A stretch of DNA of 51,609 bases from a virus. Lineage: Duplodnaviria > Caudoviricetes. Below, piece after piece: positions 1-10,468 of the stretch. Where the stretch lies: positions 1 through 51,609 of IMG/VR virus record IMGVR_UViG_3300005805_000120. One strand, given 5' to 3'. A program made the position numbers and the translations under genes. The notes beneath the pieces were generated by a model that was not told the origin of the DNA, did not search any database, and saw only the letters and a program-made list of their open reading frames with translations. The first letter of the stretch is position 1; each line of letters opens with the position of its first letter.

Positions 1-85
1 TAAATTTTATCCCAGTCAGCCATTAGCCCTCGTAAAAATAGGTAGATACATAATGTAGTATTAAATAGGTCTTTCATTTGCTAAG

Positions 86-274
86 GTGACGGTCTCAATG
101 AATATTTATCGTAAATTACTTTTATTCGCCACACGCCGCAACCTTGCAAACTGTTTGATGTTTCTATTCGTCGTAGGCGTTGCGTTGGGTGCTGGTTTAA
201 TATTTCCCCCTGCGGGATTTATCGCTGGCGGTATCGCCTGCGGAATCTATGGGTATCTGTTGGGATCTGAATAA
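86..274 (+). CDS. small membrane protein upstream of portal
   Basis: Two hydrophobic segments; stop overlaps the portal start (TAATG). Confidence 0.6.
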   Translation: MTVSMNIYRKLLLFATRRNLANCLMFLFVVGVALGAGLIFPPAGFIAGGIACGIYGYLLGSE

Positions 275-2484
275 TGGCTTGGAACAGCAACAACAATAAA
301 GATCTCAGGAACAGCAGTGAAAAAGCCTTGTCCAATCCTGGCGCGCCGATTGCTTTTGACACACAAAGAGCAGGCAAGCCCTATAGGGATGGATGGGATA
401 TTGAACGAGCGTACCGAGATGGTATGCAAAAAGTTACTTGGGTTTTCCGATGCATAGATGTAATTGCAGGTAACCAAGCACGCTTGCCCGTCGTTCTGCG
501 AAAAGGTAACGACCAGCGAGGGGAACTAACTAAAGACAATAAATCACTACTAGAAATATTCAACTCAAAATCCAACGACGGAGAAAACTCTTTCGCGTTC
601 CGATACAGAATCTCGGCACAACTCTTGATGAGTACCAGAGGTGTTTTTATTGAGAAAGTTCGTTCTCGTGACGGAAAAATTATTGCACTACAACTTCTTC
701 CCCCTCAACACACAGCGCCAATTCCTGACCCTAAAAAATTCGTGTCAGGTTTTGAAGTGGATATGCGCAACGGAACAAAATTCACTCTCAAGCCAGAAGA
801 TGTTTGCTGGATTAGACGACCGCACCCATTAGACCCATACCTTTCAATGACCCCAATGGAGTCTGCGGGTATTGCAATTGAGTTGGAGACTTTGTCAAAA
901 CTCTATAACCGAAACTATTTACTAAACGATGGTCGACCTGGCGGATTGTTAGTTGTTCGTGGCGACATGGAAGATGACGACAAACAAGAACTCAAAAACA
1001 GGTTCCGTGGAAACCTATCCAAAACAGGGTCAACAACTGTTATCGCTTCGGAGGCGGGTGTTGATTATGTTGATACTTCAGCATCACCAAGAGACGCCGC
1101 GTACACGCAGATGCGAGAAATTCAAAAGAACGAAATCTTCGCCGCCTTCGGTGTTCCCGAGTCCGTTATTGGTAATGCCGCTGGAAGAACTTTCTCAAAC
1201 GCTTCAGAAGAACTAAGAGTTTTTTGGATGGAGACAATGGCTCCACATCTTCACACTCTTGCTCGAGCGTTTGATGAACTTGACGATAAATACTACGTTG
1301 ATTTTGATACCAACGACATTCCAATTCTCATTCTTGCCAAACAGGAACGAGAACGCTATGTCATGGACGAATTTCAACAAGGGTTAATTAGTCTGAACGA
1401 ATACCGAGATGCAACAGGACGCAAAAAAGTTGAATCAGAACTCGCCGACAGTCTTCTCTCTAACCCGAACCTCACGCCTATCGCAAACACGGAGAAGCCA
1501 TTCAAACCCGAGGAACAACAACCAGTTGACATGGCTGGGGTTGACCCGAATGCCGTACCAGGTGGTCTTCCACCACAGGAAGGCGCTATGGAAATGCCTC
1601 AACCCGCTCCGCCAGCACCAGTTCCCGCTCCAGATATGCCAGTCCAAGCGCCTACTGAAACAACGGCTCTGACTCCCGACCAGCAACTTTCTGAATTTGA
1701 AAAGATTCAGAGCGAAATGCAACTCAAGTTCCTCAACGAACTTGAAACCAAAGCGGACACAGACACCGAAAGGTGGACTGAAATTCTTGACCGAGCGCTT
1801 GAGCGATTGTTCGAAAGGCAACAAAGAGTTGTCATGGAAAAAACATTTGGCAAACGCGGAGTTAAAGCGCTAGCAAGCGGTGCTTTGACGGTTGACATGA
1901 TTTTTGACACCGAGGTCTGGAACAAACAACTCGCAGATGACCTAGAACCAATCATTCTTTCCATCTATCAAGACGCAAAAGAATATGTTGCTTCCAGAAC
2001 AAGCGAACAAGTTTCTCTTGAACCCCAAGAGGTTGAAAAACTTGCACAGCAACAAATCGCTAGAGTTCAAGAAGCCAATACGACAACAGGAGCAGAAATC
2101 GCCGCGGCTATCGCTGTTGCGTTGATGGAAGAAAATCAAGAAGAAAGATCGGTTCTTCTGCGACTGGCTTTGATTGCGATATTCCTGAAATTGATATCCA
2201 AACGGAAACGAGACATTGCCGAACATGAAGCGCAGTCTTCATACAACGGCGGTGTCTACTTGGCAGGCAAAGACAGCCAAGGCAGTTTCACGAAAACATG
2301 GCTGACAAGAAAAGACTCTCGTGTTCGCACCGCTCACAAATTTCTTGAAGGAAAGACGGTGAAATTCGGAGATGGATTTGTTGTGGACGGGTTAACTTTA
2401 CGCTTTCCAGGAGACCCGATAGCCCCACCCGCGCTCACCTTCAATTGTCGTTGCCGTCTTCGTTTTGGGTTTGACTCGGAGTAA
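274..2484 (+). CDS. HK97-family portal protein fused to a C-terminal MuF/gpF-like head morphogenesis domain
   Basis: Portal motifs (WVFRCIDVIA, NDGRPGGLL, EIFAAFGVPESVIG, GLISLNEYR); C-terminal KTWLTRKDSRVRTAH...RFPGDP...NCRC typical of MuF. Confidence 0.92.
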   Translation: MAWNSNNNKDLRNSSEKALSNPGAPIAFDTQRAGKPYRDGWDIERAYRDGMQKVTWVFRCIDVIAGNQARLPVVLRKGNDQRGELTKDNKSLLEIFNSKSNDGENSFAFRYRISAQLLMSTRGVFIEKVRSRDGKIIALQLLPPQHTAPIPDPKKFVSGFEVDMRNGTKFTLKPEDVCWIRRPHPLDPYLSMTPMESAGIAIELETLSKLYNRNYLLNDGRPGGLLVVRGDMEDDDKQELKNRFRGNLSKTGSTTVIASEAGVDYVDTSASPRDAAYTQMREIQKNEIFAAFGVPESVIGNAAGRTFSNASEELRVFWMETMAPHLHTLARAFDELDDKYYVDFDTNDIPILILAKQERERYVMDEFQQGLISLNEYRDATGRKKVESELADSLLSNPNLTPIANTEKPFKPEEQQPVDMAGVDPNAVPGGLPPQEGAMEMPQPAPPAPVPAPDMPVQAPTETTALTPDQQLSEFEKIQSEMQLKFLNELETKADTDTERWTEILDRALERLFERQQRVVMEKTFGKRGVKALASGALTVDMIFDTEVWNKQLADDLEPIILSIYQDAKEYVASRTSEQVSLEPQEVEKLAQQQIARVQEANTTTGAEIAAAIAVALMEENQEERSVLLRLALIAIFLKLISKRKRDIAEHEAQSSYNGGVYLAGKDSQGSFTKTWLTRKDSRVRTAHKFLEGKTVKFGDGFVVDGLTLRFPGDPIAPPALTFNCRCRLRFGFDSE

Positions 2485-2575
2485 TTTCAGTAAAACACCC
2501 CCAATATACTGAAAGTGTTCCTTTTTTGGCGCTTCAAATGGTTTATTGTTTATAAACCAACATTTTTGGAGAACA

Positions 2576-4693
2576 ATGCCAACATCACTATCAGAAACAC
2601 AACAATATAAAGCGCTGCAAGGTCAATTCAATATTGACGAAGCACTTGGTGTTGTTGAATGTTTCGTCGCAGGTATCGGGAACAAGGACTCCGTAGGTGA
2701 CATCATCGTACCTGGCGCCTTCAACGAGAGCCTAAAAAGGCGTAAACCCCGTGTTGTATGGGGTCACAACTGGAATGAGCCAATCGGCAAAGTTCTTGAA
2801 ATGTACGAAGTTCCATCGTCCGACCCTCGACTTCCAATGAAGATGCGTGCTGCTGGGATTGGCGGTCTCTACGCCAAAGTTCAATTCAATCTGAAGTCAG
2901 AACGAGGTCGTCAGGCTTTCGCCGATGTCGCTTTCTTTGGCGAGGAGCAAGAGTGGTCAATCGGCTACAAAACACTGGATGCTGATTTTGACCCCAAGCG
3001 TCAAGCCAATGTCCTGAAAAAAGTTGAACTGTACGAGGCAAGTCCTGTTCTTCACGGAGCAAACCAACTCACTGGCACCATCTCCATCAAATCTGTTGAA
3101 GGACAAAACAACAACGACAGCATCAAGGCTCAAATGCGTGATGAAAAAGGAAAACTCACGGAGCAGGGTCGTTCACTACTTATGCGCATTTTGGCAAACA
3201 GTATGGAACAGCAGAAACCTCGCAAGCAATCAGAAGAAGAGGACGACGACGCTGTTGACGCCCCCATGCCCCAAAAAGGTCGTAAAGAAAATCTTCCACT
3301 TGCCTTAGCAAAGAAATTTGGCGGCGCAGTACGAGTCAGAGAATCGGACGCAAACAGCGTCATTTTTGACCACAGAAGCACCGAAGGCGAAATGATGACG
3401 ATGCGCGTCTCTTACCATTTTGAAGATGGACAGTTCATGTTTGGTGACGCAACGAGAGTTAAACCTCAAACCGTATATGTGAATATTGATGGAGACACAC
3501 CAAGTGGGTCTGATGCTGAGCGTCGTTTTGAAGACCGTTACCGAATGGAAGAAGACCCACAAGTCCCAGTAGGCGTAAAACCAAAGTCACCCGAAAAGGC
3601 TGATCCTCTTGGCGGAATTATCCCTCAGGAAATCGTCACTGCCCGCACTCGTGGGTACGGTCCTCGTAGGGGCAACCTTGAAAAACTATTGCGCTATTGG
3701 CGCCCAATCATGCGCAAGCCAGGCGGTTTCCGACGATGCCGAGTCATTCTTGCAAACCACCCCGAGTTGTATCCGTTGAGCAATATATGCGCTTGGCTTC
3801 ACCACGAAACTACTGGTCTCTGGCCGAACGAAGGATGCCATCATCCTGGCATGAAAAACTGCCGAGGCAAGTTGCGTAAACAGAACTGGAGTGATTCTCA
3901 GTTCAACGAAAGGCTTGGAAGTCTTATCAAGCCTGGCAAATCGTTGGAAACACTTGATGAGCAAGAAATTAAATCAATCTTCGATTTCCTTGATGGTGAG
4001 GAAAAGGGATACGAAATGATGGAACAACTTGCTACCCGTCTTGCCGAAGAAGACCAACCTAAGGGTGAGCAGGAAATGCAACTTGAGGATGTTGAATTCG
4101 ACAATGAAGATGAGGGCAACGAAAAGGCTTATGAGGCTCTTAAAGAGTTCATGAACTCGGAACCAGATTTCATCAACTACATGGCAGATAAAGATAATTG
4201 GGTGATGGAAGGCGACGACGACAATGGCGGCGTCATAGAAATGCCTTACTACGACTCAGAAAAAGAACATGACTGCGGATGTGGTGGTGGGGGAAGTATG
4301 ACTCCTCAAAGCATGATTCCGATGTTGATGGCGGCTATTTCCGAACTCATGGGCAAAGATGCCGATGAGGACATGGAGGTGAAAGCAGGGCGGGTCATTA
4401 ATTCTCGCAACATGGCAAAACTGCAAAATGCGTTCAACCTGCTAAAAGAGGTATTGAACGCTGGAGGAGCAAACTCAGATATTGAGAAGAAGTCCATGTC
4501 GGAAGTTGAGAAAGAAACGCTTCTCATATCTTCTTCGGACTACACCCTGTACGAAGTGAAAGAACTTTTAGATCCAATTTTGGATTATTATCAAATCAAA
4601 TCAGAGGTAACGGAAGAGGGTGTTCAAGTTCAAATCAGCGATGTGGCAGACGAAGCGTTTGACGCATTACTCAATATTATGGACACAATGTAA
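2576..4693 (+). CDS. HK97-type prohead protease (S78-like) with a long C-terminal extension
   Basis: KDSVGDIIVPGAF, HNWNEPIGKV, EWSIGY, VELYEASPVLHGAN; GGAG RBS before ATG 2576. Confidence 0.9.
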   Translation: MPTSLSETQQYKALQGQFNIDEALGVVECFVAGIGNKDSVGDIIVPGAFNESLKRRKPRVVWGHNWNEPIGKVLEMYEVPSSDPRLPMKMRAAGIGGLYAKVQFNLKSERGRQAFADVAFFGEEQEWSIGYKTLDADFDPKRQANVLKKVELYEASPVLHGANQLTGTISIKSVEGQNNNDSIKAQMRDEKGKLTEQGRSLLMRILANSMEQQKPRKQSEEEDDDAVDAPMPQKGRKENLPLALAKKFGGAVRVRESDANSVIFDHRSTEGEMMTMRVSYHFEDGQFMFGDATRVKPQTVYVNIDGDTPSGSDAERRFEDRYRMEEDPQVPVGVKPKSPEKADPLGGIIPQEIVTARTRGYGPRRGNLEKLLRYWRPIMRKPGGFRRCRVILANHPELYPLSNICAWLHHETTGLWPNEGCHHPGMKNCRGKLRKQNWSDSQFNERLGSLIKPGKSLETLDEQEIKSIFDFLDGEEKGYEMMEQLATRLAEEDQPKGEQEMQLEDVEFDNEDEGNEKAYEALKEFMNSEPDFINYMADKDNWVMEGDDDNGGVIEMPYYDSEKEHDCGCGGGGSMTPQSMIPMLMAAISELMGKDADEDMEVKAGRVINSRNMAKLQNAFNLLKEVLNAGGANSDIEKKSMSEVEKETLLISSSDYTLYEVKELLDPILDYYQIKSEVTEEGVQVQISDVADEAFDALLNIMDTM

Positions 4694-4747
4694 ATAAAAA
4701 AAATACTTTTATGTTGGTTCCATTTGTAGTAAAAAGAAAACACTAAG

Positions 4748-6307
4748 ATGAGTTATACTTCTATAACAGGTTTACCACAAAAAATAGCAAAATATCAGTG
4801 TCTGATGTCAGGCGAAAAGCGCTTGACACCATGCTCTGTTTGCTCTAATCCATCACGGTGCATTGCAAAAACAATGCACTACAAGGAGTCCACGAACATG
4901 GCTAGCGAAACACCAACAGTAAAACTTTTGGCAGACGGCGGAATCGAATGCGCAAAAGGTTTGGAACTGAAAGATTGCGGATACAAGCCTGGTTCAAAAG
5001 TTTGTGGCAAATGTGGAGCCAAGGCTGTTACACAGACCGAAGAAGCCGTCCCCGCTGATGCCGCTCCAGAAGTTGCTGCTCCAGTTGAAGGCGAGAAGAG
5101 TGAATGGGTCTCCGCATCTGACGAAAAGGGCATGCACGAAGGAACGATGACGCCCAAAAAGAAGAAGCCGATGGATTCGATGATGAATGACGAAGAAGCA
5201 TCAGAAGAAGAAGAAGAAGACATGGAAAAAATGTACGGCGATGCCATGATGCCCAAAAAGAAGAAACCCGTCAAAATGATGGGCGAAGACGAAGAAGACG
5301 AAGAAGATATGCCAGAAGATCTTGACGAAGAAGAAGAAAAGATGTATGGCGAAATTGAAAAGATGATGGAGCAACGCAAAAAGGCTCGTGCCAAGCGCAT
5401 GGAAACAATGGGCGTCAAGTCCGCAGACTACGACGACCTTGCTTTTGTTTGCGCAATTGAACGTCGTGTTTATGCAGGTGGTTCTCAAATCTGCGCATCA
5501 TGCCCAGGTGGATGCGAACAACAAGACACAATGCCAAGCCTGCTAGAGGTAGAAGGTTTGGCTGAGAGCATGTTTGCGGGTAAAGTTCTTGACTCGGGCT
5601 ACGCAGACGAAGTTGACGTGTTCGTAGTTGACGTCCAACGCAAAGATGGGAAGCCCGTTGAGGCTTACTTTGACGGAACAACTGGCGAATGCATGGGCTG
5701 GCATCTTCTTAACGAAGATTTGATTGGTGAAGTCGCAACAGTCCCAGGACAAAAAGTCATTTCTTTCAGTGAGGCTTCTGATATTGCAACAAAGTCAATC
5801 GAAGGTGAAGTTGTTTCTGTTGACGCAGACATGTTTGACGGTTACGACGCTTACGCCGTGGAAATTGAAGGCGTAGACGGCAAGTCATACGATGTCTATG
5901 TCGGCGTAGACGGAGAAATCCTAGGTTTCGACGAATACGACCCTGAAGAAGCCGCCGAAATTGATGAAGAAGTAGCCGATGTTGCTTTGAAAGCAATGTA
6001 TAGCGAAGATGAGCGCATGGAAATGGCAAAGGGCGGAATGGCAATGGCAGACGGCTCTTATCCAATCAAGGACGAAGAGGACTTGAAGATGGCAATCATG
6101 GCTATCGGTCGTGCCAAAAATCCTGAAGAAGCAAAGATGCACTGCATGAAGCGCGCTGCAGAACTTGGCAAAGAAGACATGATTCCAGAATCATGGACTT
6201 CAGAAAAACCAAACGAGAAAGTTCTTCTTGACGATGAAGCAAAAGAGTTCTTGAGCAGTTTGATGGAACTTGAGATGCTTGAGATTGAAACAGGACTTGA
6301 CAAATGA
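4748..6307 (+). CDS. acidic Cys/Met-rich head-module protein with two PepSY-like repeats
   Basis: ISFSEASDIATKSIEGEVVSVDA...YAVEIEGVDGKSYDVYVGVDGEIL resembles PepSY; alternative start 4898 with AAGGAG RBS. Confidence 0.6.
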   Translation: MSYTSITGLPQKIAKYQCLMSGEKRLTPCSVCSNPSRCIAKTMHYKESTNMASETPTVKLLADGGIECAKGLELKDCGYKPGSKVCGKCGAKAVTQTEEAVPADAAPEVAAPVEGEKSEWVSASDEKGMHEGTMTPKKKKPMDSMMNDEEASEEEEEDMEKMYGDAMMPKKKKPVKMMGEDEEDEEDMPEDLDEEEEKMYGEIEKMMEQRKKARAKRMETMGVKSADYDDLAFVCAIERRVYAGGSQICASCPGGCEQQDTMPSLLEVEGLAESMFAGKVLDSGYADEVDVFVVDVQRKDGKPVEAYFDGTTGECMGWHLLNEDLIGEVATVPGQKVISFSEASDIATKSIEGEVVSVDADMFDGYDAYAVEIEGVDGKSYDVYVGVDGEILGFDEYDPEEAAEIDEEVADVALKAMYSEDERMEMAKGGMAMADGSYPIKDEEDLKMAIMAIGRAKNPEEAKMHCMKRAAELGKEDMIPESWTSEKPNEKVLLDDEAKEFLSSLMELEMLEIETGLDK

Positions 6308-6567
6308 GAAAACCCAATCAACCCGTTGACTCAGTAAACACTTCAGGGCTTCTTTTTGACACAAAACAGGAACAAGTTCCCGTAGTCGCAGTGCCCGAAG
6401 TTGAAGTCGCTGTTGTTGAAGTTGAAGTTAAGAAAGAACCAGCAGTCGTTGAAGAAGTTGTAAAAGAAAAAACGGAACCCAAGAAGGCTTCTAAACAAAA
6501 AGAAGTAGAGGATGATGATGTGGTTCCAATGTCAACGATTAACAAAGCGTCAGATTCAAACGACTGA
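6304..6567 (+). CDS. hypothetical low-complexity protein
   Basis: ATGA overlap with the upstream gene; V/E/K-rich. Confidence 0.6.
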   Translation: MRKPNQPVDSVNTSGLLFDTKQEQVPVVAVPEVEVAVVEVEVKKEPAVVEEVVKEKTEPKKASKQKEVEDDDVVPMSTINKASDSND

Positions 6568-6579
6568 CAAGGAGAGGCG

Positions 6580-8421
6580 ATGATTAAATCGTCTCGTGCT
6601 TTTGACGCAAACGAGAGAGTAGCGGAGTACCGAAAATCTGTTTCGGTCGTTCATGACAACCTTTTGCTTTTCAAGGGGTTCCTCGGTCCTACCATAAAAG
6701 ATAAACCAGGTTTGGGCTCTGTTGGCGTGAGAGCGGCGAGAGCCGCAGGTGTGATAGTCGATGCTGCTGGCAAATTGAGGTGTCCACCTGGCACCCCGAA
6801 CGCCAACCAATTCACCGACATGCAAATGTCTAACTGTTTAGTTCCTAGTGCCGAAGCAGCAGCGAAAGATATTGCCTCTCTTGCAGGGAAAATGATTGAT
6901 GGCGCTAGAGGCATTCTAAAAAGTCAAAAACTCCGAAATGGAGCGAAAGCAACAGCGATGGCGGCTTTGCAAGCATACGATTACATGACAGTTGACGGGT
7001 CGGGAACGTTGACTGATTCAACCTTAATGAGTTTGTTGCTTCTCAGGACAGGAGGCGCTCAAATGCTTGATTTTGCTACAGAATCGCTTCACAAGCGAGG
7101 CAAAATATCCGACAAGAGAAAAGAACAATTGGAATCAATTGCGGCAAAAATTAAACGCGACAGTTTAGAGGATGCAAAAAATTTTCTAGCGTCTACATTC
7201 AAGAGACGCAAAGACAAAAAAAAGAACCCAAAGGTTGACCCTCCTACCGTCAAGACCCCAAGCGGATTCAAAAAAGGAAATGGTGCTTTAGCAAAGGCTA
7301 AGGAATTTGAGCCAACTGTCGGCATAGCGGATGCAAACGGCAACAATATTGCCCGAGATTTGCCTAGTGTAAAACCCGAAATTGATACAGCAGAGAAGGC
7401 TTCTGCTCATATTGCCAACGGTGGAAAAATAAATGAACTAGGTGACACGGTCGTCCTAGACGCAATCCTTGACAATATTGATGTCTATGACTCAGAAGGA
7501 AACGTTACTGAAATTAAACGATTTGAATTGCTTGGAAGTGGCGGCGGTGTTGTCGGGATGAACCGCTTGCGAGATAGGCAAACTGGACAACTTTTGGGTG
7601 TCAAATATGCTTCACGACCGTCAATGTGGGATGACAATGTTCCGCACAGCAAAGCCCCTCTGAGCAAAGGTAGAGCAACTCGCTGGTTTGAGCCAGTTCA
7701 AGAAGTTTTAGCAACCTCAATAACCGAGGAATTCGGGTATCCCGCCTCCTCGCTTCGTGTTGTTCAAACTGCACCCGAGTCAGCATCTATGGGCGTCATC
7801 ACCGATTTGGTTCACAACTCTTACGACGGGAAAATACTTTCCGCAGGTCCTGAACAACTTGAGAAAACCGATACAAGAAAACTTTTACACATGCAGGTGA
7901 TGGACGTTGTTTTGGCTAACGGCGACAGACATGATGGGAATGTTCTTTTCAGTGAGACATCTGAAGGAATGGACGCTGTGCCAATCGACCATAGTTTCAT
8001 CTTTCAAGTTTTTGATTTCAATGACACAGCCGAAAAATATGCCCCAATGATTAGCACTGGCACATTGGGGTCAGAACTCAGCCGACGTCACGGTTCTAGC
8101 GTTGACGAGCATGCCAAACTGGTTGCAGATGCAGGAAAAGTTCTAGAAGATGTCAAAAAGATTGACGTTGACTCTTTGGAAGACAGGCTAAAACGTCAAC
8201 TTGAAGAGACGATGTCTGATAGGAATCTCATCGGACAATACAGTCTCACACCAGAAATACTAGAACAACTTGAAGAATTGCGAACAAATTTGACTAAATC
8301 AGTGCAACGCTTGAGAGAAATACAGGGCATGACCCCAAAACAGTTGGCTGACATAATCGTCAAACCGCCTAAGCCAAAAGCCGATTCCGCATTGGAAAAT
8401 ATTGTTGCGAGTGTCGTATGA
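6580..8421 (+). CDS. effector 1: C-x17-C motif protein with a C-terminal HipA/PI3-PI4-kinase-like domain
   Basis: RCPPGTPNANQFTDMQMSNC; Gly loop GSGGGVVG, VKY, DRHDGN catalytic loop, PIDHS; AAGGAGAGG RBS. Confidence 0.8.
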   Translation: MIKSSRAFDANERVAEYRKSVSVVHDNLLLFKGFLGPTIKDKPGLGSVGVRAARAAGVIVDAAGKLRCPPGTPNANQFTDMQMSNCLVPSAEAAAKDIASLAGKMIDGARGILKSQKLRNGAKATAMAALQAYDYMTVDGSGTLTDSTLMSLLLLRTGGAQMLDFATESLHKRGKISDKRKEQLESIAAKIKRDSLEDAKNFLASTFKRRKDKKKNPKVDPPTVKTPSGFKKGNGALAKAKEFEPTVGIADANGNNIARDLPSVKPEIDTAEKASAHIANGGKINELGDTVVLDAILDNIDVYDSEGNVTEIKRFELLGSGGGVVGMNRLRDRQTGQLLGVKYASRPSMWDDNVPHSKAPLSKGRATRWFEPVQEVLATSITEEFGYPASSLRVVQTAPESASMGVITDLVHNSYDGKILSAGPEQLEKTDTRKLLHMQVMDVVLANGDRHDGNVLFSETSEGMDAVPIDHSFIFQVFDFNDTAEKYAPMISTGTLGSELSRRHGSSVDEHAKLVADAGKVLEDVKKIDVDSLEDRLKRQLEETMSDRNLIGQYSLTPEILEQLEELRTNLTKSVQRLREIQGMTPKQLADIIVKPPKPKADSALENIVASVV

Positions 8422-8732
8422 GATACGCCCTAGTAACCCCAATGGAAGAGGTTTCAGGTATTCCTTACGTTCTGCTTGAAAACGACCAAGGCATTTTTGC
8501 TGTAATAGCACCCGACACCAAATTCTCGTCCAGACTCAACAATCAACTGCTTTTAAGTAAAAGAGATACCATTGAAAAAGCAACTACTGGAATGTCGTAT
8601 CATAGTATTAGCACCAATATTTTGGACGACAACAATATTGCGCTTTTAAGACAGTTGGCTAGAAAATGGAAAACAACCCTGCCCGCTCCACTTGCGGAAC
8701 CTGAAGCACCAAAAGAATCGGCAAAAAAATGA
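8418..8732 (+). CDS. small partner of effector 1 (putative immunity protein)
   Basis: ATGA overlap with the kinase stop; similar to 13219-13521. Confidence 0.55.
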   Translation: MRYALVTPMEEVSGIPYVLLENDQGIFAVIAPDTKFSSRLNNQLLLSKRDTIEKATTGMSYHSISTNILDDNNIALLRQLARKWKTTLPAPLAEPEAPKESAKK

Positions 8733-10468
8733 GCAATCACCTCAACCAAGGTTTTGAATATTTTGCACGAAAACTTCGTATGTCCATGCGCGAAAAAACG
8801 AAAATGAAAAGAACAAATATCGCATTGGGACAGGAACTAATTTTTGACCCCGAAAATGCGAAAACAAAATTTATTTTCACCAAAGGTTCACAGGTCAGGA
8901 AGACGAGACTCAATGGGGATAGAGACCTTCTAAATTTCAAAGCAAAACTTTATATGAAGTCTCGCACTTCTCGTTTGGGTTCAGAAACATTTGTTGGCGA
9001 CGAAACAAAGCGTGGCGGTTTGGGCAAATGGTTTGATGAGGAATGGGTTGACATTTCTCGCCCCAAAAAAGGTGGGGGCTTTGAACCGTGCGGTCGTGGA
9101 GATGCCAACACGGGAAAGTATCCCAAATGCGTAAAAAAGTCTAGGGCAATGAACATGACTGCCGAGCAGATTGCTTCCGCTATTAGAAGGAAACGCCGAG
9201 CCGAGAACTCTGAAACCCGTGTGGACAAGAAACCTATCAATGTGCCCACAATGAAGTCTGATGTAGTCACATCTTGCTGTGGAGAAAACGAAATTAAGGG
9301 TGCTAATATTCCAACCGACCCAGATCTTTACGCAAGGGTAAAAGCAGAAGCAAAAAAGAAATTCAATGTTTACCCGTCTGCTTACGCAAATGCTTGGCTG
9401 GTTCGTGAATATAAAAAGCGTGGCGGAGGATACCGAGTAGAGAAAGATGACTCGGAAGGATTAGAAGAAAAAGCAGGACTTGTCGGTTCAAGTAGTACTG
9501 CTGGTCGTGTAGCACAATCAATCGGCTCCGCCCTGACACCAGGCAACATTTCTCCAATCACCTCGCCTATTCGTTCAAGATTGTATGGCGCTCTGATTCC
9601 TGGCGGCGGGCAAGGAGTTCTCAGTAGGTTAAAACCAAACCGCAGAAGACAAGCACGATGCCCTGCTGGTTTTGAATTCGGTGGAAGATTCACAGACAAT
9701 CGTTTTTCTACTTGCGGTGCACAACTATTCGAAATACCAGGTCCTTTAGAACTTATTAGACAGGCAGCGCGCCCAATAGCGGCACCGAAAATACCACAGG
9801 CAAGACAAGAAAACCTTTCAGAGGTATTAGAGGGTGCGCCAAACCAAGCAAGAACAATCCAGATTCAACGCATGGCGCAGATACCAAGAACAGGCGCATT
9901 TCAAAAAGATAAATTTAATCGTTCCGTTGCTGATTCAATCAAACTACTCAAAGGTGCGCCGAAAGGCGAGGGAAGAATGATTCGTCGAGACGGAGTAATT
10001 TTGCGCCCTGTTGTTCCTTCCTCTATTCTGCGTTCGTTCAGCGAAAACCCTGACATGGAAGACGGCGCAATGGTGCGTGCTATCCAGTTACCTGCCGATA
10101 TTGGAGCCGACGATTTGGCGTTATTGGGTGGTCCATCAATGAGCAAAATTGCTTTTGTAGCCCCCAACGGTGTGACTATCAGCATTGAACGCTCACGACC
10201 ATTCACAATTGGAGAAAAACGCAAGTTTCCAAGAATGATTAACTCGTTGGCAGAGTCAAGCAACAAAGACAACATCATCAAAAATATTGAAGATTTTGCC
10301 AAAGAGTCTCAAGGGGCATTCAAATTCAATGCCGACACTGCTGGAATCCCAGACGCATTACAACTTGTTGAATACACAGGTCTTGACGGCGTAAAGCGAA
10401 CCACCACACGATGGATATACGAAACTTTTCTTAAACAAGATTTGGCGAAAGCACGAAAGAAAAAATAA
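8729..10468 (+). CDS. multi-module head-associated protein (DUF5872-like modules, C-x17-C motif, degenerate JAB-like C-terminus)
   Basis: GLGKWFDEEWVDI..CGR..YPKC; PTDPDLYARVK..YPSAYANAWLVREYKKRGGGY; RCPAGFEFGGRFTDNRFSTC. Confidence 0.65.
   Translation: MSNHLNQGFEYFARKLRMSMREKTKMKRTNIALGQELIFDPENAKTKFIFTKGSQVRKTRLNGDRDLLNFKAKLYMKSRTSRLGSETFVGDETKRGGLGKWFDEEWVDISRPKKGGGFEPCGRGDANTGKYPKCVKKSRAMNMTAEQIASAIRRKRRAENSETRVDKKPINVPTMKSDVVTSCCGENEIKGANIPTDPDLYARVKAEAKKKFNVYPSAYANAWLVREYKKRGGGYRVEKDDSEGLEEKAGLVGSSSTAGRVAQSIGSALTPGNISPITSPIRSRLYGALIPGGGQGVLSRLKPNRRRQARCPAGFEFGGRFTDNRFSTCGAQLFEIPGPLELIRQAARPIAAPKIPQARQENLSEVLEGAPNQARTIQIQRMAQIPRTGAFQKDKFNRSVADSIKLLKGAPKGEGRMIRRDGVILRPVVPSSILRSFSENPDMEDGAMVRAIQLPADIGADDLALLGGPSMSKIAFVAPNGVTISIERSRPFTIGEKRKFPRMINSLAESSNKDNIIKNIEDFAKESQGAFKFNADTAGIPDALQLVEYTGLDGVKRTTTRWIYETFLKQDLAKARKKK

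Noticed and set aside
1-23. Possible start of a divergent minus-strand gene (MADWDKI...), perhaps the large terminase
   Set aside because: Only 7 codons lie in the window, so it cannot be identified
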